Shown here: positions 10,282-22,911 of the stretch, piece by piece
Position numbering within the stretch: position 1 is the first letter of the stretch
Layout of the letters: every line of letters begins with the position of its first letter
NCBI GenBank assembly: GCA_963790305.1
Contig: CAWBOC010000009.1
Coordinates: forward strand, 672,001 to 736,000
Origin: an uncultured Gemmatimonadaceae bacterium
Lineage (GTDB): Bacteria > Gemmatimonadota > Gemmatimonadetes > Gemmatimonadales > Gemmatimonadaceae
Length of the DNA: 64,000 nucleotides
Direction: 5' to 3'
Program-made: the position numbers and the translations under genes
Notes under the pieces: generated by a model
Told to the model about the DNA's origin: nothing
What the model saw: only the letters and a program-made list of their open reading frames with translations
Databases searched by the model: none

Positions 10282-12429
10282 ATGCGACGCTTCGTTCTCG
10301 TCGTCCTCGCCCTCGCGGTCCTGCGAGCTCCCGTCGCAGAGGCGCAGACGGTCACCGACTCAGCGGACGCGCTCAGGGCGCTGGACGACGCGGTGCGAGC
10401 CGATCCAACTGATCACAGCGCGTGGCATCGGCGGGGGATGCTCGCCTGGACGATGGCGCGCGCGCAACGGCGCGTGGGCGATGGCGAGCCCGAGAAGGGC
10501 TCTGGGTTCCTTCAGGTCGCGGAGTCGTCGCTCGAGCGCGCGGTGAAGCTCAACGAGCGCGAGCCACGCTATCTCATCGAGCTCGCCCGTTTTCGCTGGT
10601 CCTCTCCCACGTCGATTGCTCGACGCCGCGCGGGCGGCATGTACGAGCGCGCGCTCGATCTCGCCCGAAAGCAGCAGGACAGCACGGCGATGGCCGAGGC
10701 GCTCGCGGCGTTAGGCGTCATCGCCTGGCGCCGGTACGAGAGCGTGGCCGACCGGCACATCTACAGCTCGATCTTCAACGACCCCGATCGCGAGGGGCTG
10801 ATCAATGACGAGCGCGCGATCGCCTATTTCGTCGAGAACGCCGCGAAGATCGCCGCCTCGAAGAACTGGTCGGGACAGCGCGAATACGACGGGGCATGGA
10901 AGCTGTTCGCGCAGGCACTCGAGGCCGACCCGGACAACCGTCGTGCACGCGCTGGCCGTTACATGATGCTGATCGACCGCAGGCGGTGGGAGGAAGCGCG
11001 GCACGAGACAATGCTTCGCCTTCGGAGCGCGCCATGCGACGCAATGTCGTGGCTCGTGCGTGGACTGGCGGCGCACCAGCTTCGCGCCGAAGGCGAGGCC
11101 ACCGTGGCGTTCGACAGCGCACTGGTGTGTATGCCGCCTGACGAGCGCGAGCGCCTCGACGCACTCGGGCGTGTGCTCTCGCCCAAGGATGGTCGCGAGC
11201 ATGCGCAGCTACCCTCTCAGGAGCGAGCGCTGACGGCACGGCTGTACTGGCTCATGTCCGATCCGTTGTGGCTCACGCAGGCGAACGAGCACCGTCTGGA
11301 ATACCTGGGCCGCGTGACGGCGGCCGAGCTGCGGTGGTCGGTGGAAGAGCTCGACGTGCGGGGCGCCGACACCGATCGCGGCGACCTGCTCGTGCGCTAC
11401 GGTCCCCCTCCCGCGGTGATCTCGTTCCCGCCCGATCCGGAGTACACGCAGGAGATGCGCGTCCGCCTGCTCTGGTGGTACACCGACGGAGTCGCGTTCA
11501 TCTTCCGGATGATGCCCGGGTATGGCACCGCCACCCTCCACTCGGAATACACCCGATACGTGCGCGGCCTCCGCGATACCATCCCGGTGTCGTGGGCGAA
11601 TCTGGGTGTCGAGCGGGCGATCGACACGATCCCCCTCCAGGCGGTGCGATTTCGCGGCGCGGGCGACTCGACCGACGTGTTCGTGATCGCCGACATCCCC
11701 GCCGATTCACTCGTGCGCGGCCTCGATCTCTCCCGCGTGGCGCTCGAGGTCGGGCTCAACATCTTCAACTGGCGGGCGGAGCGCATCGCGCGCGACTCCA
11801 TCCGCGAGGTCATCGATGTCGCGCGCGCGGAGGTGGTGAACACCCGCGCGTGGCGCAAGCGATTGCCGCCGGGGATCTATCTCTATCGCGTCGAAGCTCT
11901 GCAGCCGGACGCGCTCCGGGGGGCGCGCGCGGCGAGCCGCCTCGAGCTGGTGGCCGGTGATGGGTTCGGCATGAGCGATGTGCTCGCGGCGCGCATGATC
12001 GAGCCGAAGCCGGGGTCGACCTCGTCGCGCTGGTCGGACTTCCGGGTGCTCCCGATGACGGGGGTGCTTCGTCGCACTGAGCCGCTCGCGCTGCTGTGGG
12101 AGACGTATGCGCTTGCCGCCGACAGCGGAGTGAATCGCTATCGCGTGTCGATCACGATCGAGCAGCGCGATCGCCCCGGCCGGCTCGCGCGGATCGGCGC
12201 GGCGATCGTCGGCGGCGTGCGCGCGGCGGTTGGTCGCTCGTCGCGCGGCGAGGGTCGGGTGACGCTCAGCTACGATCGGGACGTTCCGGTTAGCCCGGTG
12301 GCGCTCGATTACCTTACGATCGACGCGAGCGGGCTCGACGGTGGTCAGTACACCGTGACGGTCGATGTCGAGGACCTCGTCGCGAAACGGCGCATGGCGC
12401 GGTCGAGCATGCTTACGATCGTCGATTGA
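10282..12429 (+). CDS. Secreted TPR plus GWxTD-type domain protein
   Basis: Signal peptide, TPR-like helices, YW..SDP....NEHRLEY..RV...GADTDRGDLLVRYGPP. Confidence 0.7.
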   Translation: MRRFVLVVLALAVLRAPVAEAQTVTDSADALRALDDAVRADPTDHSAWHRRGMLAWTMARAQRRVGDGEPEKGSGFLQVAESSLERAVKLNEREPRYLIELARFRWSSPTSIARRRAGGMYERALDLARKQQDSTAMAEALAALGVIAWRRYESVADRHIYSSIFNDPDREGLINDERAIAYFVENAAKIAASKNWSGQREYDGAWKLFAQALEADPDNRRARAGRYMMLIDRRRWEEARHETMLRLRSAPCDAMSWLVRGLAAHQLRAEGEATVAFDSALVCMPPDERERLDALGRVLSPKDGREHAQLPSQERALTARLYWLMSDPLWLTQANEHRLEYLGRVTAAELRWSVEELDVRGADTDRGDLLVRYGPPPAVISFPPDPEYTQEMRVRLLWWYTDGVAFIFRMMPGYGTATLHSEYTRYVRGLRDTIPVSWANLGVERAIDTIPLQAVRFRGAGDSTDVFVIADIPADSLVRGLDLSRVALEVGLNIFNWRAERIARDSIREVIDVARAEVVNTRAWRKRLPPGIYLYRVEALQPDALRGARAASRLELVAGDGFGMSDVLAARMIEPKPGSTSSRWSDFRVLPMTGVLRRTEPLALLWETYALAADSGVNRYRVSITIEQRDRPGRLARIGAAIVGGVRAAVGRSSRGEGRVTLSYDRDVPVSPVALDYLTIDASGLDGGQYTVTVDVEDLVAKRRMARSSMLTIVD

Positions 12430-12473
12430 CCGTTATGGGCGAGGCAGGTCAAGCTTTCCCAAGGGCCTAGGCG

Positions 12474-12521
12474 GGCTGGCATCCAGGTTCAGCGTCCCAA
12501 CTTTGCACCTGGATGCCAGCC
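12474..12521. repeat. Collapsed copy of the 8934-9136 element (termini only)
   Basis: ggctggcatccaggttca...gcgtcccaactttgcacctggatgccagcc; right arm matches 8934-8963 at 29/30 in reverse complement. Confidence 0.8.
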
Positions 12522-12569
12522 GCGATTGCCGTTGAAACCTGCATTGAAGAGATCTCATTTCAGGCTCCG

Positions 12570-13586
12570 ATGAAGGTGGGAGGCGGACGAGCGACTACGA
12601 CTTCACGCTTCCCGCCGATCGCATCGCGCAGCAACCACTCGCCAGACGAGACGAGAGCCGCTTACTCGTCGTACGGCCGGAGTCGGGTGCGATCGAGCAT
12701 CGTCGCTTCCGCGATCTCGTTGACCTCGTCGCGCCCGGCAATGCACTCGTCCTCAACACCACCAAAGTCTTTCGCGCCCGCCTGCTCGGTCGCCGCGCAT
12801 CGGGGGCGGACGCCGAGATCCTGCTGCTCCGCGAAATCGGGGATGGCAAATGGGAGGCGATGGTCAGTCCCGGCGGGAAGCTACGACCCGGGCGGACGGT
12901 GAACATCGCACCCGGGTTCGATGTCGAGATCCTCGAGATCACCGACCGCCGAACTCGCGTCGTCCGGCCTGTGACCGGCGGATCGGTGATGGACGCGATC
13001 GAGCGCCATGGGCACGTTCCGCTCCCGCCATACATCGCGCGCGCGGACGCCGCGGCTGACGTCGACCGGTATCAGACCGTGTATGCCATCGAGCCTGGAT
13101 CGGTCGCCGCGCCGACGGCTGGGCTGCACTTCACTCCCGAGCTCCTGGCGGCGTTGTCGGCCCGGGGGGTTCGGCGCGCTGACGTCGTACTCCACGTCGG
13201 CGCGGGTACGTTCAAGCCCGTCGAGGTCGAGGATCCCGCGCAGCACGTGATGCACGAGGAGCGGTTCACCGTGCCCGCGGAAACGGCGACGACGCTCAAC
13301 GACGTGCGCCGCTCGGGCGGGGGGATCTGGGCCGTCGGCACGACGTGTGCGCGCACTCTGGAGAGCGCGGTGCGCGATGACGGAACCTTTACCGAGCGAG
13401 CGGGAGAAACACGCCTGTTCATTCGACCGCCCTATCGCTTTCGCGCCGTAGACAAACTGATCACGAATTTCCATCTTCCCCGCTCCACGCTGGTGATGCT
13501 CGTGGCCGCATTCGCGGGATACGAGCTGACGATGCGGGCCTACCGGGAGGCAGTCGATGAGGGGTACCGCTTCTACTCGTACGGCG

Positions 13587-13606
<20 letters not shown>
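12570..13606 (+). CDS. queA: S-adenosylmethionine:tRNA ribosyltransferase-isomerase QueA (start codon apparently out of frame)
   Basis: RTSDYDFTLPADRIAQQP...SRLL from 12584 is in frame with VPLPPYI, YQTVYA, GSVAAPTAGLHFT, YRFYSYGDAM; ATG at 12570 needs one extra base. Confidence 0.9.
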
Positions 13607-15491
<1,885 letters not shown>

Positions 15492-15495
<4 letters not shown>

Positions 15496-16049
15496 GCCTG
15501 CTCGACATCTACGTCCTGGGAGCCCCGATCCTGCGTGAGGAGACGCGTCCCGTTACCGATGTGGGGCCGGGGTTTCAGAAGCTCGTGGACGACATGTTCG
15601 AGACGATGTACGCCGCGAAGGGCATCGGGCTCGCCGCGCCGCAGGTCGGGCGCACCGAGCGGGTGGCTGTCGTCGACGTCGATGGCGCGCGACACGTCAT
15701 CGTCAATCCGAAGATCGTGCTGCGCGAGGGATCGCAGAAGGGTGAAGAGGGTTGCCTGTCGATTCCGGACATCTATGCCGATGTCGAGCGCGCCATGCGC
15801 GTCGTCGTCACGGCGGAGGACCGCGAGGGGAAGCCGATCGAGATCGACGCGAACGAATTGCTCGCACGCTGTCTTCAGCACGAGATCGATCACCTGCACG
15901 GCAAGCTCTTCATCGACTACCTCGGCCTTCTCAAGAGGCGCGCGGCGCTCAAGAAGTGGGAGAAGCAGCGCGGCGGCGACAAGTCGCTGACGCGCACCGT
16001 CGAGGCACTCGAGGTCGCGCAGCATCACCACCGCGACGAGGAGCTGTAG
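15492..16049 (+). CDS. def: Peptide deformylase
   Basis: GIGLAAPQVG, EEGCLSIP, QHEIDHLHG. Confidence 0.96.
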
Positions 16050-16051
16050 TC

Positions 16052-17003
16052 GTGCGCGTCCTCTTCTGGGGGACATCCGCCTTCGCCGGCCCGTCGCTGC
16101 GAGCGCTCGTGGGCGAGGGATTCGATGTCTGCGGCGTCATCACGCAACCGGACCGCCCGCGCGGCCGCTCGCGCTCGACGTTGGTGCCATCACCGATCAA
16201 GGAGATCGCGGTCACGCGAGAGCATTCCCGTGCTGCAACCGGAGAAGCCGCGGGGCAAGGAGTTCGTGGAGCAGCTGCGTGCACTCGAGCCGGAGCTTTC
16301 CGTCGTCGTCTCATACGGTCAGATCCTGCCGAAGCCCGTCATCGAGCTGCCGGAGCGCGGGACAGTGAACGTGCACGCCTCGCTGTTGCCCAAGCTCCGC
16401 GGCGCGGCGCCGATTCAAGCCGCGATTCGGGAAGGGTTCATCGAGACCGGCGTGACGATCATGCGCATGGTGCCCGAGCTCGACGCCGGCCCCATCGTCC
16501 TTCAGGCGCGCACACCGATCGCGGAGGATGAGACCGCCGGTGAGCTCGAGCTCCGACTCTCCGAGCTCGGCGCCCTCGCGCTCATCGAGGCGCTCACGCT
16601 CATCGTGCTCGGAGAATCGAGCGAGCGCGACCAGAACGAGGAGCTGGCGACGTACGCGCCGAAGATCGAGCGCGACATGGCGCTCGTCCCGTGGGAGGAG
16701 GGGAACGGTGTCGTCGCCCGCCACATTCGCGCGTACGATCCCAAGCCCGGCGCCTTCACCGTCCGAAAGGGAGAGGAGCTCAAGCTGTTCGGCGCCCTGG
16801 CCACGGAGGAAGGGGGCGACGAGGGATCGACCAAGGCCGGCCAGGTTCTCGAGATCGACGGCACCGGGATGCTCGTCGCTTGCGGAGACGGGGCGGTGCG
16901 CGTCCTTCAGGTGCAGGCTCCTGGCAAACGCCGGATTTCGGCGCTCGAATTCGCCCGGGGACGCGGCATTGCCGTGGGCGACGTGCTGGGCAATGCGCGA
17001 TAG
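16052..17003 (+). CDS. fmt: Methionyl-tRNA formyltransferase with apparent +1 frameshift near 16215
   Basis: MRVLFWGTSAFA..VITQPDRPRGR in one frame; VVSYGQILP, NVHASLLPKLRGAAPIQ, LDAGPI in the next. Confidence 0.9.
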
Positions 17004-17044
17004 GCTATAGGCTTGGGCACCTACGGTCTAATATCTTGAAGGAC

Positions 17045-18373
17045 ATGGCTTTCACTGGAACGGGATCGGTCACCGAGGCGCGCCGCGCCGCGGCCGAGGT
17101 TCTCGCCGACATGCGGCATGGCGAGATGCTCGACCCTGCCTTCGAGCTGCGCGCCGCGCCGCTCGACGCGCGCGATCGCCGGTGGACGCAGGAGCTCGTC
17201 TACGGCACGCTGCGCCGCCGCGCCATGCTCGACGCCATGGTCTCCGAGCGCGTCCGCGGCGGACTCGTGAGGCTCGATCCCGACCTCAGTGACCTGCTCC
17301 GTCTCGGGGCTTATCAGCTGCTGCACATGCGGAGCGTTCCCGCCTACGCCGCCATCGCGCAAACCGTGGAGCTCGCGAAAGAGCGTCACGGATTGGGCGC
17401 CAGCAAGCTCGCGAACGCGGTGCTGCGTCGTCTCGATCGCGAGCGTGAGATGCTGGACGTCGCCGTGCCAACCGATCCGGTCGATGCCCTCGCGCTGCGC
17501 CATTCGCATCCGCGCTGGCTCGTCGCGCGCTGGGTTGGGCGATGGGGCGCGGAAGAGACGGAGCGGCTACTCATCGCCAACAACGTCGAGGCGCCGCTCG
17601 TGGTGCGGCCGTACAACATCGTGCGCGAGCAGCTCGAGGCGACCCTCGAGAGCGGGGGCGTCGAAGTCGCCGAGGCTCCGCTTTCGCGCGATTCGCTCGC
17701 GATCAAGAGCCCCGTCTCGCTCACCGAGCTCGGCGCCTATCGACAGGGGCTCTTCTTCGTGCAGGACCCGGCGGCGACGCTCGTCACGCAGTACGCCTGC
17801 GTGGCGACTGGCGCCGAGGTCGCCGACCTGTGCGCGGCGCCGGGCGGAAAAGCGCTCGAGCTCGCGCGCTCCGCCTCGGTGGTCATCGCCGGTGATCGCT
17901 CGGTGCAGCGCATCCAGCGCCTGATCGGGAATGCGCGACGCGTCGATGCCCGCAACGTGCTGGCGGTGGTGTCCGATGCGCGCACGCCGGCAATCCGACC
18001 CGTGGATGCGGTGCTGCTCGACGTCCCGTGCACGGGGACGGGCACGTTCCGTCGTCATCCCGATGCGCGCTGGCGCCTCAAGGTGTCCGACATCGCGGTG
18101 CTGGCGGCGACGCAGCGCAGCATGCTGCGCGCGGCGGCGACCGTCGTGAAGCCCGGCGGGCTGCTCGTGTACAGCACCTGCACGCTCGAGCCGGAGGAGA
18201 ACGACGTGCAGATCGAGGCGTTCCTGCGCGAGAGTCCCGAATGGAAGCTCGAGCCGCCCCCCGAGGGAACGGTCCCGGCGCCGGTCCTCGATGCCGGGCG
18301 TTTGCGCGTTCTTCCACAGCGTCATGGAGTCGATGGCGCCTTCGCGGCGCGCCTGCGGAGGGCACGAGGGTGA
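17045..18373 (+). CDS. rsmB: 16S rRNA m5C967 methyltransferase RsmB (Sun)
   Basis: NusB-like N-terminus, DLCAAPGGK, LLDVPCTGTG, LVYSTCTLEPEEN; def-fmt-rsmB order. Confidence 0.92.
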   Translation: MAFTGTGSVTEARRAAAEVLADMRHGEMLDPAFELRAAPLDARDRRWTQELVYGTLRRRAMLDAMVSERVRGGLVRLDPDLSDLLRLGAYQLLHMRSVPAYAAIAQTVELAKERHGLGASKLANAVLRRLDREREMLDVAVPTDPVDALALRHSHPRWLVARWVGRWGAEETERLLIANNVEAPLVVRPYNIVREQLEATLESGGVEVAEAPLSRDSLAIKSPVSLTELGAYRQGLFFVQDPAATLVTQYACVATGAEVADLCAAPGGKALELARSASVVIAGDRSVQRIQRLIGNARRVDARNVLAVVSDARTPAIRPVDAVLLDVPCTGTGTFRRHPDARWRLKVSDIAVLAATQRSMLRAAATVVKPGGLLVYSTCTLEPEENDVQIEAFLRESPEWKLEPPPEGTVPAPVLDAGRLRVLPQRHGVDGAFAARLRRARG

Positions 18374-19098
18374 GGTGGCGCGGGGGTGCGCGCCGCGCGA
18401 TCCCGTACGTGATCGCCGCGACGGCGGGGTTCGTCCTCTCCTATCTCATCATCGCGTTCTTCGTCTTCCCCGCGACGATCATTCCGAGCGACCGCAAGGT
18501 GCCCAACGTCGTCGGGATGGCGTCCGACGAAGCCGTGAAGCGCCTGACGACGGATGGCTTCCGCGCCTCGACGGGCGAGCAGCGCTTCCACGCCAGTGCG
18601 CCGAGCGGCACGGTGCTGGAGCAGGAGCCGCCGGCAGGCTCCAACGAAGCCAAAGGCGCCGAGATCGTGCTCCACGTGAGCTCGGGTCAGCGTCGCGGCG
18701 AGGTGCCTAACGTCGTCGGCATGACGCGGCAGCAGGCAGAGCTGGCGATCGAGAATGCCGGTCTGGATGTCGGGGATGTGCAGGAGATTCGCGCGCAAAC
18801 GCCGCGCGGAACCGTCACCGCCTCCCAGCCGGTCGCGGGCTCGCGAGTGACAGTGCCTTCGTCGGTGACGCTGACCGTCAGCGTGGGGCCGGCGTCGGTG
18901 GACATGCCCAATGTCGTCGGCGAAAACTACTCGCGCGCGCGCACCGTGCTCGAGCAGCTCGGGCTTCGCATCGGTGACGTCAACGTCGATTCGACGAGCC
19001 TGGCGCCGGGCAACATCGTGATCGCCCAGACGCCGGCGGCGGGACGCGCGGTAGGAGCAGGCGCCCGCGTGGCGCTCACGATCTCGGGGCGACCGTGA
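18370..19098 (+). CDS. PASTA domain membrane protein (3 PASTA repeats)
   Basis: N-terminal TM helix; three VP/MPNVVG repeats. Confidence 0.88.
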   Translation: MRWRGGARRAIPYVIAATAGFVLSYLIIAFFVFPATIIPSDRKVPNVVGMASDEAVKRLTTDGFRASTGEQRFHASAPSGTVLEQEPPAGSNEAKGAEIVLHVSSGQRRGEVPNVVGMTRQQAELAIENAGLDVGDVQEIRAQTPRGTVTASQPVAGSRVTVPSSVTLTVSVGPASVDMPNVVGENYSRARTVLEQLGLRIGDVNVDSTSLAPGNIVIAQTPAAGRAVGAGARVALTISGRP

Positions 19099-19760
19099 GC
19101 ATTCGGATCGCGCCGTCGATCCTGAGCGCCGACTTCGCTCGGCTGGGCGAAGAGATCGCCATGGTCACCGAGGCTGGCGCGGACTGGATTCACGTGGACG
19201 TGATGGATGGGCGATTCGTCCCGAACCTTACCTTCGGTTCGAAGGTAATAGAGACGGTGCGCAGGCTGACCGATCTGCCGATCGACGTGCATCTCATGGT
19301 CGTCGAGCCCGAGAAGTACCTGGAGGACTTCGCCGCCGCCGGCGCGTCGGTTCTCACGGTGCATCCCGAGGTGTCTCCGCATCTCCACCGGCAGCTGATG
19401 CGCATCAAGGAGCTTGGCTGCCTGGCGGGCGCGTCGTTGAATCCCTCGACACCCCTCGACGCGGTTTATGAGGTGGCAGGCGATCTCGACCTGCTGCTGA
19501 TCATGTCGGTGAATCCCGGATTCGGCGGGCAGACGTTCATTCCGGCATCGATCGACAAGATCCGTCGCGCGCGCGCAATGCTGGACGAGGTGGACAGCCG
19601 GGCGGTGCTCGAGGTGGACGGGGGCATCAATCGAGAAACGATCGCTCAGGTGTGGCACGCGGGCGCCGACACCTTCGTCGCCGGGAACGCGATCTTCAAG
19701 GCGAAGGATCCGCGGGCCGAGCTGCGCGCATTGCGGGCGAAGTGCGCGGTGGCCGCATGA
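19095..19760 (+). CDS. rpe: Ribulose-phosphate 3-epimerase
   Basis: IAPSILSADF, HVDVMDGRFVPN, MSVNPGFGGQ, EVDGGIN. Confidence 0.97.
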   Translation: MSIRIAPSILSADFARLGEEIAMVTEAGADWIHVDVMDGRFVPNLTFGSKVIETVRRLTDLPIDVHLMVVEPEKYLEDFAAAGASVLTVHPEVSPHLHRQLMRIKELGCLAGASLNPSTPLDAVYEVAGDLDLLLIMSVNPGFGGQTFIPASIDKIRRARAMLDEVDSRAVLEVDGGINRETIAQVWHAGADTFVAGNAIFKAKDPRAELRALRAKCAVAA

Positions 19761-20305
19761 CGAGGAAGGAACAGTGGGCCTGGGTGGGCGCATTCGCGCT
19801 CGTGCTCGTGGGCGGCGGAATCGTCGCTGGGCATGCGCTCAAGGGCGGCCTGTCCCCTGTCACCCTCGGCAGCCAGGCCCCCGTCTTCGAAGCGAACACC
19901 ATCGACGGGCAGTCGGTGAAGCGGACGCTGGAGGACTATCGCGGGAAGGTCGTGCTGCTCAACATCTGGGCGACCTGGTGTGGCCCCTGCATCGTCGAGA
20001 TGCCCACGCTCGAGGCGCTGCATCGTGAGTTCAAGGACACCGATCTCAGGATCGTCGCCGTCAGCATCGACCAGGCGCAGACGGAGCATGCCATCAACGA
20101 CTTCGTGAGGAAGCTCGGCCTCACCTTCGAGGTGCTGCACGATCCGGAGGGCGACATTACCCGCGACTATCAGGCGATGGGCTATCCGGAGACGTTCGTG
20201 ATCGGTCGCGACGGCGTCATTCGCAAGAAGGTGATCGGCGCGTCGGACTGGCACTCCGAGGGGAATCGCGCGCTCGTCAGGCAGCTTCTCGCCGAGCGCG
20301 TGTAG
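19757..20305 (+). CDS. TlpA/ResA-family thiol-disulfide oxidoreductase
   Basis: LLNIWATWCGPC, GYPETFVIGRDG; N-terminal TM. Confidence 0.9.
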   Translation: MTRKEQWAWVGAFALVLVGGGIVAGHALKGGLSPVTLGSQAPVFEANTIDGQSVKRTLEDYRGKVVLLNIWATWCGPCIVEMPTLEALHREFKDTDLRIVAVSIDQAQTEHAINDFVRKLGLTFEVLHDPEGDITRDYQAMGYPETFVIGRDGVIRKKVIGASDWHSEGNRALVRQLLAERV

Positions 20306-21025
20306 ATGGCGCCGCCCGTTCCCTGGAAGCGGCGCATCACGGCGGCGCTGACCGAGCACCTTCCGCTCAAGCTCGTCGCCATCTTCTTCGCGTTCGTGGT
20401 GTGGCTCGTCGTGAGCGGCGAGCGCCCGACCGAGATGGTGGTGCCGGTGCGCGTGGAGATTGGCGTGGACACATCGGTGACGCTGCGCGGCCCCACGCCG
20501 GAGGTTCGCGCCCTGGTCGTGGGGCGCGGCCGCGATTTAATGAAGCTGTGGGACACCCCGCCGACGATCGCGCAGCGACTCGGCAGCGACGTTCCCGATT
20601 CGCTGGCGATCATGCTCGAGGTGAACAACGTCGAGCTGCCGCCGGGTGTCGCGGGGATCGTGCGCGACGTGCAGCCGCGTAGTCTTCGCCTCCACTTCAA
20701 TGTTCAGACCAAGCGCTTCGTGCCCGTGCGCTCGGCGGTCCGCGTGCGCGCCGATTCCGGATTCCGTATCGCCGGTCCGGTGCAGCTGGAGCCGATTCGG
20801 GTGCAGCTCATCGGCGAGCGCCGCACGGTCCGCTCAATCGATACGGTGGCCACGACGGCGATCGATCTCGTCGTGCGCGATACGACGCCGATGACGGTAC
20901 CGCTCGACACCGCGGGACTCGGCGTGCGCGTGAATCCGTCGTTCGTCCGCGTCCGCGTGCCGGTCACGGCCGTGGAGCCGGCGACCGCGGCGACCGCCGC
21001 GTCAACCAGCCGTCGGCGCCAGTGA
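20306..21025 (+). CDS. YbbR/CdaR-like membrane protein
   Basis: EHLPLKLVAIFFAFVVWLVV N-terminus and beta-rich repeats. Confidence 0.6.
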   Translation: MAPPVPWKRRITAALTEHLPLKLVAIFFAFVVWLVVSGERPTEMVVPVRVEIGVDTSVTLRGPTPEVRALVVGRGRDLMKLWDTPPTIAQRLGSDVPDSLAIMLEVNNVELPPGVAGIVRDVQPRSLRLHFNVQTKRFVPVRSAVRVRADSGFRIAGPVQLEPIRVQLIGERRTVRSIDTVATTAIDLVVRDTTPMTVPLDTAGLGVRVNPSFVRVRVPVTAVEPATAATAASTSRRRQ

Positions 21026-22062
21026 CGCGCATTCTCGGCATCGAGACATCCTGCGATGAGACGTCGGCGGCCGTGGTCGAAGGCACCGGTGATGCAGTCG
21101 AGCAGAAATCGCTGGTGATTCTCTCGCAGGACGTGCACAAGGTCTTCGGCGGCGTGGTGCCCGAGATCGCGTCGCGCGCGCACCTGACGAGCATCGTTCC
21201 CGTGGTGGATCGCGCCTTGTCGGAGGCGAACGTCGGCATCGGCGACATCGACGCGATTGCCGTGACCTATGCGCCGGGGCTCGTGGGAGCGTTGCTCGTC
21301 GGCGTCAGCTACGGGAAGTCGCTCGCGTTCGCGAGCGGGCGCGCGCTCGTGGCGGTGCATCACATGGAAGGGCATCTGTTCGCGACGCAGCTCCAGCATC
21401 CCGGGGCGGTGCCGCCGTTCACGGCGCTGTTGGTGTCGGGTGGCCACACCTTACTCGTCGATGTGGAGGCGTGGGGACGTTATCGCTTGCTGGGTCAGAC
21501 GCGAGACGACGCGGCGGGAGAGGCATTCGACAAGGTGGCGAAGCTGCTCGGCCTTCCCTACCCTGGCGGGCCGCACATCGAGCGGATCTCGAAGGAAGGC
21601 GATCCGTCGCGTCATAGGTTCTCGCGTCCGATGGTGCGGCGCGATCAGCGCGTCGGCGATCCCGACTACTACGATGTCTCCTTTTCCGGGCTCAAGACCG
21701 CCGTGCTCAACGCGACCAAGCGCTCAGATGTGGAGGCCGAGCGTGCCCACATCGCGCGTGGGTTTCAGGACGCCCTCATCGACACGCTGGTGGAAAAGAC
21801 CTACCGGGCAGCGCGCGAGCATGGCCGCACGCGGGTGGTGTTAGGCGGCGGCGTGGCCTGCAACAGGACGCTGGCCGACTCGATGCGCTCGCGCATGGCC
21901 ACGATCGGCGCTGACGTCTTTGCGCCGAGCCCGCGGTTGGCGACGGATAACGCGGCGATGATCGCGCGAGCGGGGCTGTTTCGATATGAGCAAGGTGAGC
22001 GCGCGCCGCTCGACCTCAATGCGTACGCAACTCTTCCCTTACCAGGACTGATCGCCGCATGA
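21022..22062 (+). CDS. tsaD: tRNA t6A37 threonylcarbamoyltransferase TsaD
   Basis: LGIETSCDET, GGVVPEIASRAH, HHMEGH, DDAAGEAFDK, TDNAAMIA. Confidence 0.97.
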   Translation: MTRILGIETSCDETSAAVVEGTGDAVEQKSLVILSQDVHKVFGGVVPEIASRAHLTSIVPVVDRALSEANVGIGDIDAIAVTYAPGLVGALLVGVSYGKSLAFASGRALVAVHHMEGHLFATQLQHPGAVPPFTALLVSGGHTLLVDVEAWGRYRLLGQTRDDAAGEAFDKVAKLLGLPYPGGPHIERISKEGDPSRHRFSRPMVRRDQRVGDPDYYDVSFSGLKTAVLNATKRSDVEAERAHIARGFQDALIDTLVEKTYRAAREHGRTRVVLGGGVACNRTLADSMRSRMATIGADVFAPSPRLATDNAAMIARAGLFRYEQGERAPLDLNAYATLPLPGLIAA

Positions 22063-22889
22063 CGATCGACCATCGCCCGTTGGCGTACGAGCTCGGGCCC
22101 CTGATGATCACCGGATTCGGGCTGGCGGTGCTGGCCGCGTTCGTCGTGGCGCAGATCGTCGCGCAGAACGAGCTGAAGCGGCGCGGTTACAGTCCCGAGC
22201 CGGTGGGCGACATGATCTTCGCGGCGGTGGTGGGGAGTCTGCTCGGCGCGAAGCTCTATTTCGTGGCGTTGACGGGCGACCTCGACACCCTCTTCAGTCG
22301 TGGCGGCTTCGTGTTCTGGGGTGGGCTCATCGGCGGGATTCTCGCGGTGACGGTGCTGGTGCTGAAGCGGAAGCTTGGATTCTGGCGTATCGCCGACGTC
22401 GCCGGCCTCTCGATCATGCCCGCGTACGCGGTGGGTCGCACCGGATGCTGGGCGGTGGGTGATGACTACGGCCGTCCATGGGAGGGTCCGCTGGCGGTGC
22501 GTTTCCCCGATGGTGCGCCACCGTCGACCGCGCAGAACATGCAGGAGATGTTCGGCATCCCGGTGCCGCCGGATGTGCCGCCTAACACGGTGCTGGCGGT
22601 GCATCCGACGCAGCTCTATGAGGTGACGATGGCCTTCATCCTCTTCCTGATTCTCTGGAGGCTCCGCGATCACAAGCACGCCGAGGGGTGGCTCATGGGC
22701 GTGTATTGTGTGATGGCGGGGGTGGAGCGGTTCATCGTGGAGTTTTTCCGGGCGAAGGATGATCGGTTTTTTGGGGCGTTGACGGTGGCGCAGGTGATCG
22801 CGCTGGTGTTCATCGCGATCGGGGTGACGGTCATGGTGCTGCGGAACCGGGTGACGCCCGAGGCGCGCGGGATCTACGCGACGGCGTGA
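22059..22889 (+). CDS. lgt: Prolipoprotein diacylglyceryl transferase
   Basis: [33 protein letters not shown]. Confidence 0.9.
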   Translation: MTIDHRPLAYELGPLMITGFGLAVLAAFVVAQIVAQNELKRRGYSPEPVGDMIFAAVVGSLLGAKLYFVALTGDLDTLFSRGGFVFWGGLIGGILAVTVLVLKRKLGFWRIADVAGLSIMPAYAVGRTGCWAVGDDYGRPWEGPLAVRFPDGAPPSTAQNMQEMFGIPVPPDVPPNTVLAVHPTQLYEVTMAFILFLILWRLRDHKHAEGWLMGVYCVMAGVERFIVEFFRAKDDRFFGALTVAQVIALVFIAIGVTVMVLRNRVTPEARGIYATA

Positions 22890-22911
22890 TGCGGGGTGCG
22901 TAGGAGGGGGC

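Noticed and set aside
16052..17003. Programmed frameshifting or true pseudogene in fmt
   Set aside because: No slippery sequence at the shift; similar indels are scattered through the window
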